Below are positions 1-10,282 of a stretch of 64,000 nucleotides of DNA, one piece after another. This DNA is from Brevinematales bacterium (GTDB lineage Bacteria; Spirochaetota; Brevinematia; Brevinematales; JAOACQ01). Below the pieces are notes generated by a model that was given only the letters and a program-made list of their open reading frames with translations, did no database searches and was not told the DNA's origin. The position numbers and the translations under genes are program-made. Every line of letters starts with the position of its first letter. The first letter of the stretch is position 1. The stretch is taken from positions 2,355 to 66,354 of the forward strand of contig JBBFLL010000012.1 of the NCBI GenBank assembly GCA_037479045.1, written 5' to 3'.

Positions 1-1238
<1,238 letters not shown>

Positions 1239-1240
1239 TT

Positions 1241-2416
1241 ATGAAGTTAAAAATTATCATACCTATAATCTTATTGTTTCTTGTTTTTATAGGATACAAT
1301 TTGTTTAAACCTGTGAAGGCAGACTATTTGAAATTAAAAAGACAGAATTTAGATTACACAATTCTTGCAAATTGTAGTGTGGATTATCCAAAACCTCTTG
1401 ATATTAAATTTTCTTATGAAGTTGAAGTTTTAAAAATCTATAAAAAAGAAGGCGATAGAATAAAAAAAGGTGATTTAATAATCCAGCTTGATGATACAGA
1501 TGATAGAAGAAATTTGATCCTTGCTTCAAATAATATAATTTCTCTTCAGAAAAAGATTAAAAACCTTAAAAATGTTGAACTACCGAATCTCAAAGAAAAA
1601 GAAAGAGAGGCAGAGCTTTCTTTAAAGCAGGCAAAGATTGAACTTGAGAGAGCAAAGGAGCTTTATGAGGCAGGTGGGATTTCAAAGGCTGAACTTGAAA
1701 GAATACAAAATAGTTATGATATAAGACTGTCCCAATACAATCAAATCAAAAATTCTCTTGAGAATTATGAAACTACGGGGGCTATTGCTGAATTACAGAC
1801 TCAACTTGAAAATGCAAAAATAGACTATGACAACATAAGAAACAAGTTTTTAGAAAAAAGGATTATTTCACCATTTGATGGTAAAATTTTAAAGATAAAT
1901 GTTCAACCCAATGAAAAAGTGTCCCCCTCTAAAATTGTAGCAACAATTATTGAGATGACAAACTGGCTTCTTGTTATGAATATTGATCAGAGGGAGCTTG
2001 CTTTTTTAAAGCCAGAACTGAAGGCAAATGTAAAATTTGATTCTTTTCCAGATGAGGTTTTTCAGGCCTATGTGTCTTATGTCTGCACTCAGATTGATAA
2101 AGAAAAAGGAACCTGTGAGGTGAGACTTGAGGTTAAGGATAAAAAGTCGGATATGATAAAGTATGGAATGAGTGGTTATGCTGAGATTTATGCTAAAACT
2201 TTTTCTAATGTTATTATTATTCCTAAAAGATTTGTTAATGATAAATCAGTTTATTTGTATAAAGATGGGAAAGCCATTTTATCAAACATAACATTGAGGC
2301 CTGTTGGGGAGAATAAGTTTATTACTGAAGATTTGAGTGAGGGTGATATAGTTCTTGATTTGACTAAAGGAAAAGCAAATAAAAAGATAAAACTCAGAAC
2401 AGAGGTGAAGATTTGA
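1241..2416 (+). CDS. HlyD/MacA-type periplasmic adaptor (membrane fusion protein)
   Basis: N-terminal TM anchor, lipoyl half-motifs (KEGDRIKKGDLI; ISPFDGKI) around a long coiled coil; operon with ABC permease and ATPase. Confidence 0.9.
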   Translation: MKLKIIIPIILLFLVFIGYNLFKPVKADYLKLKRQNLDYTILANCSVDYPKPLDIKFSYEVEVLKIYKKEGDRIKKGDLIIQLDDTDDRRNLILASNNIISLQKKIKNLKNVELPNLKEKEREAELSLKQAKIELERAKELYEAGGISKAELERIQNSYDIRLSQYNQIKNSLENYETTGAIAELQTQLENAKIDYDNIRNKFLEKRIISPFDGKILKINVQPNEKVSPSKIVATIIEMTNWLLVMNIDQRELAFLKPELKANVKFDSFPDEVFQAYVSYVCTQIDKEKGTCEVRLEVKDKKSDMIKYGMSGYAEIYAKTFSNVIIIPKRFVNDKSVYLYKDGKAILSNITLRPVGENKFITEDLSEGDIVLDLTKGKANKKIKLRTEVKI

Positions 2417-3609
2417 AGCCTTTTGAATGGAAAATAGCATTAAGATTTTTAACAAAGGGAAAATTTCAAACTATCTTGATTGTAGTGGGGATTTCCATTG
2501 GCGTTGCTGTTCAATTTTTTCTATCCTCTCTTATTGGTGGACTTCAGAAAAGTTTAATAGAAAGAACAGTTGGCAATACAGCACATATAATTATCTCTCC
2601 AGAAAGTGTTATACCAAAAAGTTTTTTGACATCTGAAAATATAGCAACAAAAGAACCAGTTTATAAAAAATCTCTTGAAATAATTAGCTGGCAGAAATAT
2701 TATGAATTTTTTAAGTCTCAGAATGGTGTAAAAGTTGTGATGCCTGTTGTTAACGGACAGGGTTTTATAGAGAGAGGAGATGCAATATACAGTGTGGGCA
2801 TAAAAGGGGTTTTGCTTGAAGATGCCTATGTTTTTTATAAAATAGAAAAAAATCTTGTAGAAGGCACACCTCAACTCAGCGGAGAAAATTCCATAATAGG
2901 AAAGGATCTTGCCGATAATTTAAAACTTAAAATTGGAGACTCTTTTTATCTCAGAAATGATCTGGGTGAAAGTATAGTTTTAACTGTTGCTGCAATTTTG
3001 GATCTTGGTTCATCGTTAGCAAACAATGTAGTTTTTATTTCAAGGGATAGAGCAAGAAGTTTCTTTGGTTTGAATGGTATAACTGGTATTGATATTCAGA
3101 TTTTCGATGTTTTTAAAGCCAATGATCTTGCAAAAGAGTGGAGAAAGGAATTTTCAAGAATAAAGATTGAATCTTGGCAGGAAAAAAATAAAGAGCTTCT
3201 CACAGCCCTTCGTTCTCAGAGTAGTTCTTCTTATATTATTCAATTCTTTGTAGTTTTAAGTATTTCACTCGGTATAGCAAGTGTTCTTGGTATTTCTGCT
3301 GTTCAGAAGTCAAGGCAACTTGGCATTCTTAAGGCACTGGGAGTGAATAATGCAAGTTCATTCAATATTTTTCTCATAATGGGTGGAATTTTGGGATTTG
3401 TTGGTTCTATAGTTGGAGTTTTTCTGGGATTCTTTCTTGCTTTTGGCTTTATTTATGGGGCAAGAGGTGTGAGTTTTTCTTTAGATATTAATTTATCAAA
3501 TATTTTGACTCCAGTTATTCTTTCTTTAATTTCGAGTATAGTTGCTTCAGTATTTCCTGCTAATAATGCAAAGAAACTTTCTCCTATTGAGGTTATAAGA
3601 AATGGCTGA
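2413..3609 (+). CDS. MacB/FtsX-family ABC permease
   Basis: TM1, periplasmic domain, C-terminal TMs; QLGILKALG and LSPIEVIR motifs; TTG start overlaps upstream stop. Confidence 0.92.
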   Translation: MKPFEWKIALRFLTKGKFQTILIVVGISIGVAVQFFLSSLIGGLQKSLIERTVGNTAHIIISPESVIPKSFLTSENIATKEPVYKKSLEIISWQKYYEFFKSQNGVKVVMPVVNGQGFIERGDAIYSVGIKGVLLEDAYVFYKIEKNLVEGTPQLSGENSIIGKDLADNLKLKIGDSFYLRNDLGESIVLTVAAILDLGSSLANNVVFISRDRARSFFGLNGITGIDIQIFDVFKANDLAKEWRKEFSRIKIESWQEKNKELLTALRSQSSSSYIIQFFVVLSISLGIASVLGISAVQKSRQLGILKALGVNNASSFNIFLIMGGILGFVGSIVGVFLGFFLAFGFIYGARGVSFSLDINLSNILTPVILSLISSIVASVFPANNAKKLSPIEVIRNG

Positions 3610-4348
3610 AATTATAAGGGTTGAAAATCTATACAAAGAATTTGGCACCGAGGTTAAAACAGTCGTTCTTAAAGGTATAAATTTAAGTTTTGAAAAAAAT
3701 GTTTTTACAGCATTAATTGGTCCATCGGGTTCTGGTAAGACAACATTTCTTAACATTATAAGCCTTCTTGAACCCCCTACAAGTGGTAGTTTAATAATAG
3801 ATGGGGTTGATTTTTCGACGAAAAATGTGAACGATAGTTCAGATTACAGGAATGAAAACTTTGGATTTGTTTTTCAATTCCATTATTTACTTCCAGAATT
3901 TACGGTTTATGAGAATATTTTGATGCCTTTCTGGATAGAGAATGTAAAAATAAGTGATAAAATTGAAAAAAAGATTGAAAATCTTATGAAGGAAATAGAT
4001 ATCTGGAAGATAAAGGATAAATATCCTACACAGATTTCTGGGGGTCAACAGCAAAGAACTTCAATAGCAAGGGCTTTAGTAAAAAATCCGAAAATAATAT
4101 TTGCTGATGAACCAACAGGAAATCTTGATAAAGAGACTGGTAATGCTGTGCTTAAGATTATGCTTGAGATGTTAAAAGAATATGGAACAACTTTGATAAT
4201 GGTGACTCACGATAGGGAGATAGCATTGAATGCTGAAAGAGTTGTTGAACTTGTAGATGGAAGGATTTGTAAGTCTTTTATTATCAAAGAAGAAGGGCTT
4301 GAGAAAGCAAAAAAGATTCTTGAGGATAGAACCTGCAGGATGGAGTAA
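3602..4348 (+). CDS. ABC transporter ATP-binding protein (LolD/MacB-like)
   Basis: GPSGSGKT, ISGGQQQR, ADEPTGNLD, VTHD. Confidence 0.95.
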   Translation: MAEIIRVENLYKEFGTEVKTVVLKGINLSFEKNVFTALIGPSGSGKTTFLNIISLLEPPTSGSLIIDGVDFSTKNVNDSSDYRNENFGFVFQFHYLLPEFTVYENILMPFWIENVKISDKIEKKIENLMKEIDIWKIKDKYPTQISGGQQQRTSIARALVKNPKIIFADEPTGNLDKETGNAVLKIMLEMLKEYGTTLIMVTHDREIALNAERVVELVDGRICKSFIIKEEGLEKAKKILEDRTCRME

Positions 4349-4610
4349 TTTTTGAGCTGTTCTATCTAAAAATAAAATAAACTTCCTTTAAATTTATATG
4401 AAATTTTGTGCCTCTGTTTCAGACATTAATTTTTTAAACCACGAAAATCAGTCGAAAGTCGAAAGTCTTGTGTCGACAATGTCTTTAAAAGACAGCCTTT
4501 AAATGGCTAAAGATATTTTATAGAGGTTATTTTTTAGTTCAATATGTTTTGAATCAGAATAAAATGGAGGTTTGGAACAACACAATTATAAAATTTTTTT
4601 TTCAAAAAAC

Positions 4611-4643
4611 TTGACATCCCCCCCCCCCCCCCTGATGTATAAT
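4611..4643 (+). promoter_or_regulatory. Sigma70-type promoter with C15 homopolymer in the spacer (candidate phase-variable promoter)
   Basis: TTGACA 4611-4616, C15 at 4618-4632, TATAAT 4638-4643; spacer 21 bp; AT-rich UP-like tract upstream. Confidence 0.8.
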
Positions 4644-4723
4644 AAAAATAATAAAAGTTTGTGTTAATTTTATAGTCAACAAAGTGTATAAAAAGTTAGA
4701 AATTGGGGGAGTGATAAATAAAA

Positions 4724-5383
4724 ATGGTGCATATTGGTGTTATAGATAGTGGAGTAAACAGAGAGTTTGTTAAATCTTACCATGTTAATATCGAAAGTGC
4801 AGCTATATTTAATATCAATCCATCTAAGTCATGTATTGAAATCATTGAATATGAAAAAGATGATATTGAAAAGTGGAAAAAAGGATTCATAAATCACCTT
4901 TCTGATGAAAGTGGTCATGGAACAGCAGTCTTATCAATTTTATATCAAAAATGTCCGAATGTTTACTTTAGCTTAGCAAAAATTCTGGAAAGTGACAACA
5001 AGGGTTATTCAATATGTCTTGTTGAAGCACTTAATTGGATGATAGACATTGTAAGGCCCAATTTTATGAATATTAGCCTTGGTACAGATGATGAAAGAAT
5101 AAAGAAAAAATTGTACAGACTTACAAAAAAGGCTAAAAAAATGGGGATAAATATTTACTCTGCTATAGGTGGAGAAAAAAGCTATCCAGGTGTTTTTGAT
5201 ACTGTTGTAGGTGTATCGAAAGATAAAGTGGTGAAACAAGATATAAAAAAAGTAGAAATGTTTAATTCTAATGAAAAAGTAAAAATTTTTTGGAATGGTA
5301 ACTGGGAGATTGTGGAAATTGAACCAAGTCTTGCTTGTGCCATGGTTTTGGGGGATACAATTAATCAAAAAGAGGAAAATTAA
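4724..5383 (+). CDS. Short S8 (subtilisin-like) peptidase, no signal peptide
   Basis: IGVIDSG (Asp), DESGHGTAV (His), NISLG, EPSLACA (likely Ser; divergent from GTSMA). Confidence 0.8.
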   Translation: MVHIGVIDSGVNREFVKSYHVNIESAAIFNINPSKSCIEIIEYEKDDIEKWKKGFINHLSDESGHGTAVLSILYQKCPNVYFSLAKILESDNKGYSICLVEALNWMIDIVRPNFMNISLGTDDERIKKKLYRLTKKAKKMGINIYSAIGGEKSYPGVFDTVVGVSKDKVVKQDIKKVEMFNSNEKVKIFWNGNWEIVEIEPSLACAMVLGDTINQKEEN

Positions 5384-5384
5384 A

Positions 5385-6440
5385 ATGAAAATTGCGGTAT
5401 ATTCTATTTGCAGAAATGAAGAGAAGAACGTAGAAAGATGGGATAATTCTATTAGAGAAGCGGATGGGATATTTGTTGTAGATACGGGTTCTACAGATAA
5501 TTCAGTAAATTTGCTTAGAAAGTTTGGTGTGGAGGTAGAAAATTACAAATATTCTTTTTTTAGATTTGATTGGGCAAGAAATCAGGCACTAGAAATGATA
5601 CCTAGAGATTTTGATGTTTGTGTATCAATTGATTTTGATGAAGTAATGCCTTCAGGATGGACAGAAATAATAAAAGAAAAAATGAAAACTAATGTAAAAA
5701 GGCTTTCTTATATTCAAAGGACATTTCACGATGGGGTTTTTATTCAGGATGTTGTAAGAGATTTAATTCATAGAAATAATGGAGAATATAAATGGATGTT
5801 TCCGGTGCATGAACTTTTATGGCCAATATCTGGTGATATCAAAAATGATAAGATTGAAGATAGTGGCATAATTGTGAATCATTATAGAACACAAAAAGAA
5901 ACGAGATATAATTATTTATCTTTGCTTCAAGTTGGAGTTGCAGAGTTTCCGACTCATCCACGTGCATGGCATTATTTGGGCAGGGAATATATGTATTATG
6001 GTAGAAAAGAAGAGGCAATTCAAGCATTAAAAATGGGATTAAACTTTCCTGGTTGGAATGTGGAACAAGCCGAATCAATGAGATTTTTGGCATTAATGGT
6101 TGATAACGTAGATGAAAAGCTTTCTTGGTTGTATCGTGCTATAAGTTTAGACCCAAATAGAAAAGAACACTGGGTGAATTTAGCAATGATTTATTTTGAG
6201 CAAAAAAATTGGTGGGGAGTTGTCTTTGCTATAAATCAAGCCATTTCTATTTCAAAACCTTCTGATTATATTACTTATGAATTTGTCTCGGGTTTTCTTC
6301 CATATGATTTAGTAGCTTTTGCATATTACAATCTTGGACTTTATGATATGGCCTACACTATGGGACAAAAAGCGATTGAGTTCCAACCAGATAATGTTGA
6401 GCTAAGAAAAAAACTAAGAATGTATAAAAAAAAACAATAA
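5385..6440 (+). CDS. GT2 glycosyltransferase with C-terminal TPR repeats (SunS-like architecture)
   Basis: True start probably ATG 5385 (MKIAVYSICRNEE); VDTGSTD, FDWARN, DFDE (DxD), VHE motifs; TPR helices. Confidence 0.88.
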   Translation: MKIAVYSICRNEEKNVERWDNSIREADGIFVVDTGSTDNSVNLLRKFGVEVENYKYSFFRFDWARNQALEMIPRDFDVCVSIDFDEVMPSGWTEIIKEKMKTNVKRLSYIQRTFHDGVFIQDVVRDLIHRNNGEYKWMFPVHELLWPISGDIKNDKIEDSGIIVNHYRTQKETRYNYLSLLQVGVAEFPTHPRAWHYLGREYMYYGRKEEAIQALKMGLNFPGWNVEQAESMRFLALMVDNVDEKLSWLYRAISLDPNRKEHWVNLAMIYFEQKNWWGVVFAINQAISISKPSDYITYEFVSGFLPYDLVAFAYYNLGLYDMAYTMGQKAIEFQPDNVELRKKLRMYKKKQ

Positions 6441-6478
6441 AAATCCCAATATCGGGGAAATAAAAAAGGAGGAAATGT

Positions 6479-6748
6479 ATGTTGGTAAGAGTTGTCAAAT
6501 ATGCACTTGCTAAGTTGGTGAAAAAGAGTGTATGTGGTTACTACACTGGTGGTTCATCGTCTGGTGGTGGTTATTCAAGCATGGGCTGGGGTGGCGGAAG
6601 TGGAAGTTATGGAACTGGCTTTTTTGGTGGTTCTTTTCAGAGTGGTGGTTCAATAGGAAGTCCCGGTGTACCAGCAGGAGTTAATCCTGGAGGTTCTCCA
6701 TTTACAGGTAGTGGTATTATGGGTAATGCTTCTGGAACTGGAAGATAG
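6479..6748 (+). CDS. Gly/Ser-rich small peptide, candidate RiPP/bacteriocin precursor
   Basis: Strong RBS AAGGAGG; 20-aa basic leader ending VCG, then 69 aa with 26 Gly, 14 Ser, 4 Thr; no acidic residues. Confidence 0.72.
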   Translation: MLVRVVKYALAKLVKKSVCGYYTGGSSSGGGYSSMGWGGGSGSYGTGFFGGSFQSGGSIGSPGVPAGVNPGGSPFTGSGIMGNASGTGR

Positions 6749-6779
6749 CATTCCTTAATTTATTATTACAAAATTTGCA

Positions 6780-6929
6780 GGAACTGCCCAAAAGTATAGT
6801 GCATTTTTACACAAAATGAATAAAATGTATTAAGATTTGGTTAATTTTGTAATTTGTTGGCGGAATTTCGAGATCTAACTAAAAAATATGCTTTCAAGGA
6901 TAACTAAAATAAAGTTTTTTGGTAGTTCC
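6780..6929. mobile_element. 150-bp MITE-like element
   Basis: Terminal IRs GGAACTGCCCAAAA / TTTTTGGTAGTTCC flanked by TGCA on both sides (6776-6779, 6930-6933); non-coding. Confidence 0.6.
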
Positions 6930-6988
6930 TGCAGAGGATAGATTTAAAAAAATTAATATAGTTAGGAGTAAAACTTCTATTTTAATTC

Positions 6989-7017
6989 TTGAGAAAGTTT
7001 TGTGAAATATTTATAAT
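6989..7017 (+). promoter_or_regulatory. Sigma70-type promoter for the 7056 gene
   Basis: TTGAGA-17 bp-TATAAT, followed by AAGGAGG RBS. Confidence 0.6.
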
Positions 7018-7055
7018 TAATTACAAATTTATTAGTTAAAGGAGGAAAATTAGAT

Positions 7056-8465
7056 ATGAAAAATTTCATAATCTGCTTTTTGCTCGTCTTGAGTTCAAAA
7101 CTTTTTTCTGCCGTTAACATTTCATCTAACATCTCAATTGGTCCGGACTATCGTGTTGAGCTTGTTGGCATAGTGTTTGCCATTGCAACTTGTGATGATG
7201 ATTATTTCAAGGAAGAAAGGTATCTTACGGAGGTGAATAAATATTTTACACCTTATAAAAATCACCCTGTTATAAGTTTTATAAGGGAGGTAATTTCCAA
7301 TAGAATTAAGCTTTACAATCAACCTGAATTTGAATATTGGGCGAAATTAAGTGTTCTTTCAGAAATTTACACTATAATTTTGAACTACTCTGAGGATGAG
7401 AAATTATTATTAACAGATAAAAGATATTTCTACGTTAGAATACAGGATGCAAGTGTTATCAATCAAAAAAAATTAATTACTCTTTTAAAAGATTTTATAA
7501 AAGTATCAAAATATGAAAATTTCTATTCGAATGTGGCTTTAGTTCACTACAAGCCAAGAATAGACGAAATAACCAACAAAATCGATATTGAAAAGATTGT
7601 AGTAAATAATGAAAAATTTTTTGGAGAAAATGCTAAATATACAAGAATAATACTTTCGTATATTATCTATGGTTTCAGTGGTTTAAGTTTATTTTCTATT
7701 TCGGATGGTGTGATTGAATATAATTCACCAATCATACTTGTAAAAGAAAAAAGCTTTTATCCACTTTTATCAGAAGAGCTTTTTTACCATGAACTGGCCC
7801 ATCCATTCTTTAATTTTTCAATGGTTGAAAATTATTACAAATATGTGGATTTGTTCAGGACAAAGATAGGTGAGTATAGCGAAAGTATCAACATAGCTTA
7901 CGAAATTTTGAGAAACAATTATAATGAAAATACACAAAAGATTTTGTTTAGATACTATTTACTTGATGGATTTATTTCTGTAAAAGAGTTTTATGAATTA
8001 CTTATGAAATACCAGACTGAAAGAGATAAATATAAGACCTTTAATGAATTTTTTAAAGAGATACCAGAATATTTTGCTAAATTATCTGATAATGATATTG
8101 GTTATAAATTAACAGTAGGTACTTCTCTTACAATGAAAATAAGATATAATGAAATGGATTATAAAAAAGGTATTGCCATCTTTAAGGTTTTTTCCGATAT
8201 AAAATTACTTCAAGAAGGGGATATTATTTTAAATATTAATGGTAGAGATGCAAGGGAAAGATTTGCTTTTCACGAAGAATGGAGTAAGTCAAAAGAGGTT
8301 TCGATTGAAGTCTTAAAAAAAGATGGTGAAATAAAGAAAATAAAGTTAAATCCACAGGATGTGGAAATGATATGTTTAAAATATTCTCAAAAACATAATA
8401 TTTTTCAGGCCTTTTGCGTCATTAAAGATAAAATTTATGGCAACTGGTATAGAACTTTTGATTAA
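7056..8465 (+). CDS. Secreted DUF4932-like protein with HExxH zinc motif and C-terminal PDZ-like segment
   Basis: Signal peptide; DYRVELVGIV N-terminus; YHELAHPF; LQEGDIILNING PDZ-like motif. Confidence 0.6.
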   Translation: MKNFIICFLLVLSSKLFSAVNISSNISIGPDYRVELVGIVFAIATCDDDYFKEERYLTEVNKYFTPYKNHPVISFIREVISNRIKLYNQPEFEYWAKLSVLSEIYTIILNYSEDEKLLLTDKRYFYVRIQDASVINQKKLITLLKDFIKVSKYENFYSNVALVHYKPRIDEITNKIDIEKIVVNNEKFFGENAKYTRIILSYIIYGFSGLSLFSISDGVIEYNSPIILVKEKSFYPLLSEELFYHELAHPFFNFSMVENYYKYVDLFRTKIGEYSESINIAYEILRNNYNENTQKILFRYYLLDGFISVKEFYELLMKYQTERDKYKTFNEFFKEIPEYFAKLSDNDIGYKLTVGTSLTMKIRYNEMDYKKGIAIFKVFSDIKLLQEGDIILNINGRDARERFAFHEEWSKSKEVSIEVLKKDGEIKKIKLNPQDVEMICLKYSQKHNIFQAFCVIKDKIYGNWYRTFD

Positions 8466-8512
8466 AGATTAAGTTAAAAGATAAAGCTGGTTTTATTAGT
8501 AAGTGGTTAGCG

Positions 8513-8957
8513 TTTGCAAAGGCTCGCAATGACAGATAGTAGGGAGAAGGCAGGCAATGACTGGAAGAGGGTTGTAAACAACAGACTTTTGCAATCTAAG
8601 AGGCGAAGGATTCGCCGACAGCAAGCATTGTAGATTTTACCGCCCATAGCGTAGTCTGGCGTAGAAACGCAGGCGAAAACGAGGTGTAAGAACGCCGCCT
8701 GTTTGAGCTAGCCATTTGTAAAGGGGAGGAAGGAAATCTTTTTAAATTATAAAGGTTGGTATGTGTATGGAGTTTTCAAATGGCTGGCAAGTTCGGCGTT
8801 CCCGAGTTTGAGCCGATGCGTTTAAAGCCAGACGAAGCGTGGCGGCGGGTTTTCTTTCGGTTACCTTTCTTTTGCCCAAACAAAAGAAAGGTAACATAAG
8901 CTCTTATTCTTTCTGAACATTCAGAAAGAAAGTAAAATAAGTTTTTGACAACTTTTT
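8513..8957 (+). ncRNA. Structured non-coding repeat element, copy 1
   Basis: Homologous to 13571-14000; long interrupted rod 8640-8845 and 15-bp hairpin 8860-8895; GC-rich in an AT-rich background. Confidence 0.7.
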
Positions 8958-9086
8958 ATTTAAAAAATTGCCCTTTTAAAGAAAATTCAGGCAAGTTTTA
9001 AACTAATTTTATACATTACAATTTGTTATAAGAGCTTTATGAGGTATAATTTCTGAACAGGAAATAAAATAAAAAGGAGATTAAAA

Positions 9087-9812
9087 ATGAAAGTTTTAAA
9101 ACTATTCTCAGTATTATTAGTTTTTGTTCTTTTAACTTATGGTTGCAAAGGAAGAGTGAAAAGCAAGAATTTCATTATTGAGTATGATGCTATAGGTAAG
9201 TATAACAACTATAAGGAATGCCTTGCATACCTTGAAAAGAATTATCCTTCTATCACAAATTTTTTTGAAATTAACAAAATGGATAAAGTCAGAATAATTG
9301 TTTATGATAGCAAGGAAAAATTTATTAAAAAATCAAAGGCTCCAGATTGGGCCATTGCTGCCTGCATGGATAAAAAAACTGTGCTAACTTATTTGCCTTT
9401 TTATAATCCTAAAATTGGAAAAAGTTATTTAAATTACGATATGCTTCTTCATGAGTTTGTTCACTGTGCTATAAGATATAAGTTTCCTACAAACAGAATT
9501 CCTGTATGGATTGATGAATCAATGGCTCAGTATTTCTCAAAGACCTATCTCAATCCTACGTCTCTTGGATATATAAAGGAAGGAGATTATCCAACCTTTT
9601 TTGAAATTGAATCTTACTCAGGACAAAAAGTATATCAGGTCGGATATGTTTTAGCAGAGTTTATTTTAAAAAAACTTGGCAAGGATAAGATGTTCAAAAT
9701 TATTGAATGCGATGGCAATATAAAGAAAGCTCTGAACTTAACCACTGTAGAGCTTGAAGAGGAATGGCATAAGTATTTAAAGGAATATATAAGTAATAGT
9801 GTAAGTCTATGA
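9087..9812 (+). CDS. Lipoprotein zinc metallopeptidase (peptidase MA-like, gluzincin)
   Basis: Lipobox-like LTYGC; LLHEFVH...PVWIDESMAQY. Confidence 0.78.
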   Translation: MKVLKLFSVLLVFVLLTYGCKGRVKSKNFIIEYDAIGKYNNYKECLAYLEKNYPSITNFFEINKMDKVRIIVYDSKEKFIKKSKAPDWAIAACMDKKTVLTYLPFYNPKIGKSYLNYDMLLHEFVHCAIRYKFPTNRIPVWIDESMAQYFSKTYLNPTSLGYIKEGDYPTFFEIESYSGQKVYQVGYVLAEFILKKLGKDKMFKIIECDGNIKKALNLTTVELEEEWHKYLKEYISNSVSL

Positions 9813-9917
9813 AATGTCAGAATTATCAGTCAATAGATTTCTTTTATAACTTCATAAAAATAATAACTCATGGCATTCCAGATGGTAAGGTTGAAAAACT
9901 CAATTATCAATCATCAC

Positions 9918-9946
9918 TTGACATTTTTTAACTTATAACATATCAT
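9918..9946 (+). promoter_or_regulatory. Promoter for probably leaderless MNT-HEPN mRNA
   Basis: TTGACA-17 bp-TATCAT, then 6 nt to ATG 9953; no SD sequence. Confidence 0.6.
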
Positions 9947-9952
9947 AGATTT

Positions 9953-10282
9953 ATGCAAAGAGAGGATATTTTAAAGATTTCAAAAGAGATAATAACAGAA
10001 GAACTGGAAAAAGCTGGATATAATGTTTTAGAAATAATTCTTTTCGGTAGCCGTGCACGTGGTGATGAAAGTCCAGATAGTGATTGGGATTTTTATGTTG
10101 TTGTGGATAAAGATATTGATTTTAAGTCTAAAAAGAACATAATTGTTTCAATAAGAAGAAAAATGGCTTTAAATAAAATCCCAAATGATATTTTAATCCA
10201 GTCTAAAAATGAATCAGAAAAAAGAAAGATTAATCCGGGATATGTTTCTTACAATGTATTTAAAGAGGGAATGAGAATATAA
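9953..10282 (+). CDS. Minimal nucleotidyltransferase (MNT), putative antitoxin
   Basis: LFGSRARGD...SDWD motif. Confidence 0.9.
   Translation: MQREDILKISKEIITEELEKAGYNVLEIILFGSRARGDESPDSDWDFYVVVDKDIDFKSKKNIIVSIRRKMALNKIPNDILIQSKNESEKRKINPGYVSYNVFKEGMRI

Noticed and set aside
4450-4494. AGTCGAA microrepeat and small palindromes upstream of the poly-C promoter
   Set aside because: Only about 2.5 units; too short to call an operator, iteron or CRISPR remnant.
5295-5384. N-terminal extension of the glycosyltransferase in the ORF track
   Set aside because: Overlaps the peptidase; the GT2 fold starts at ATG 5385 with its own GAGG RBS. Similar over-extended starts were trimmed for several other genes.
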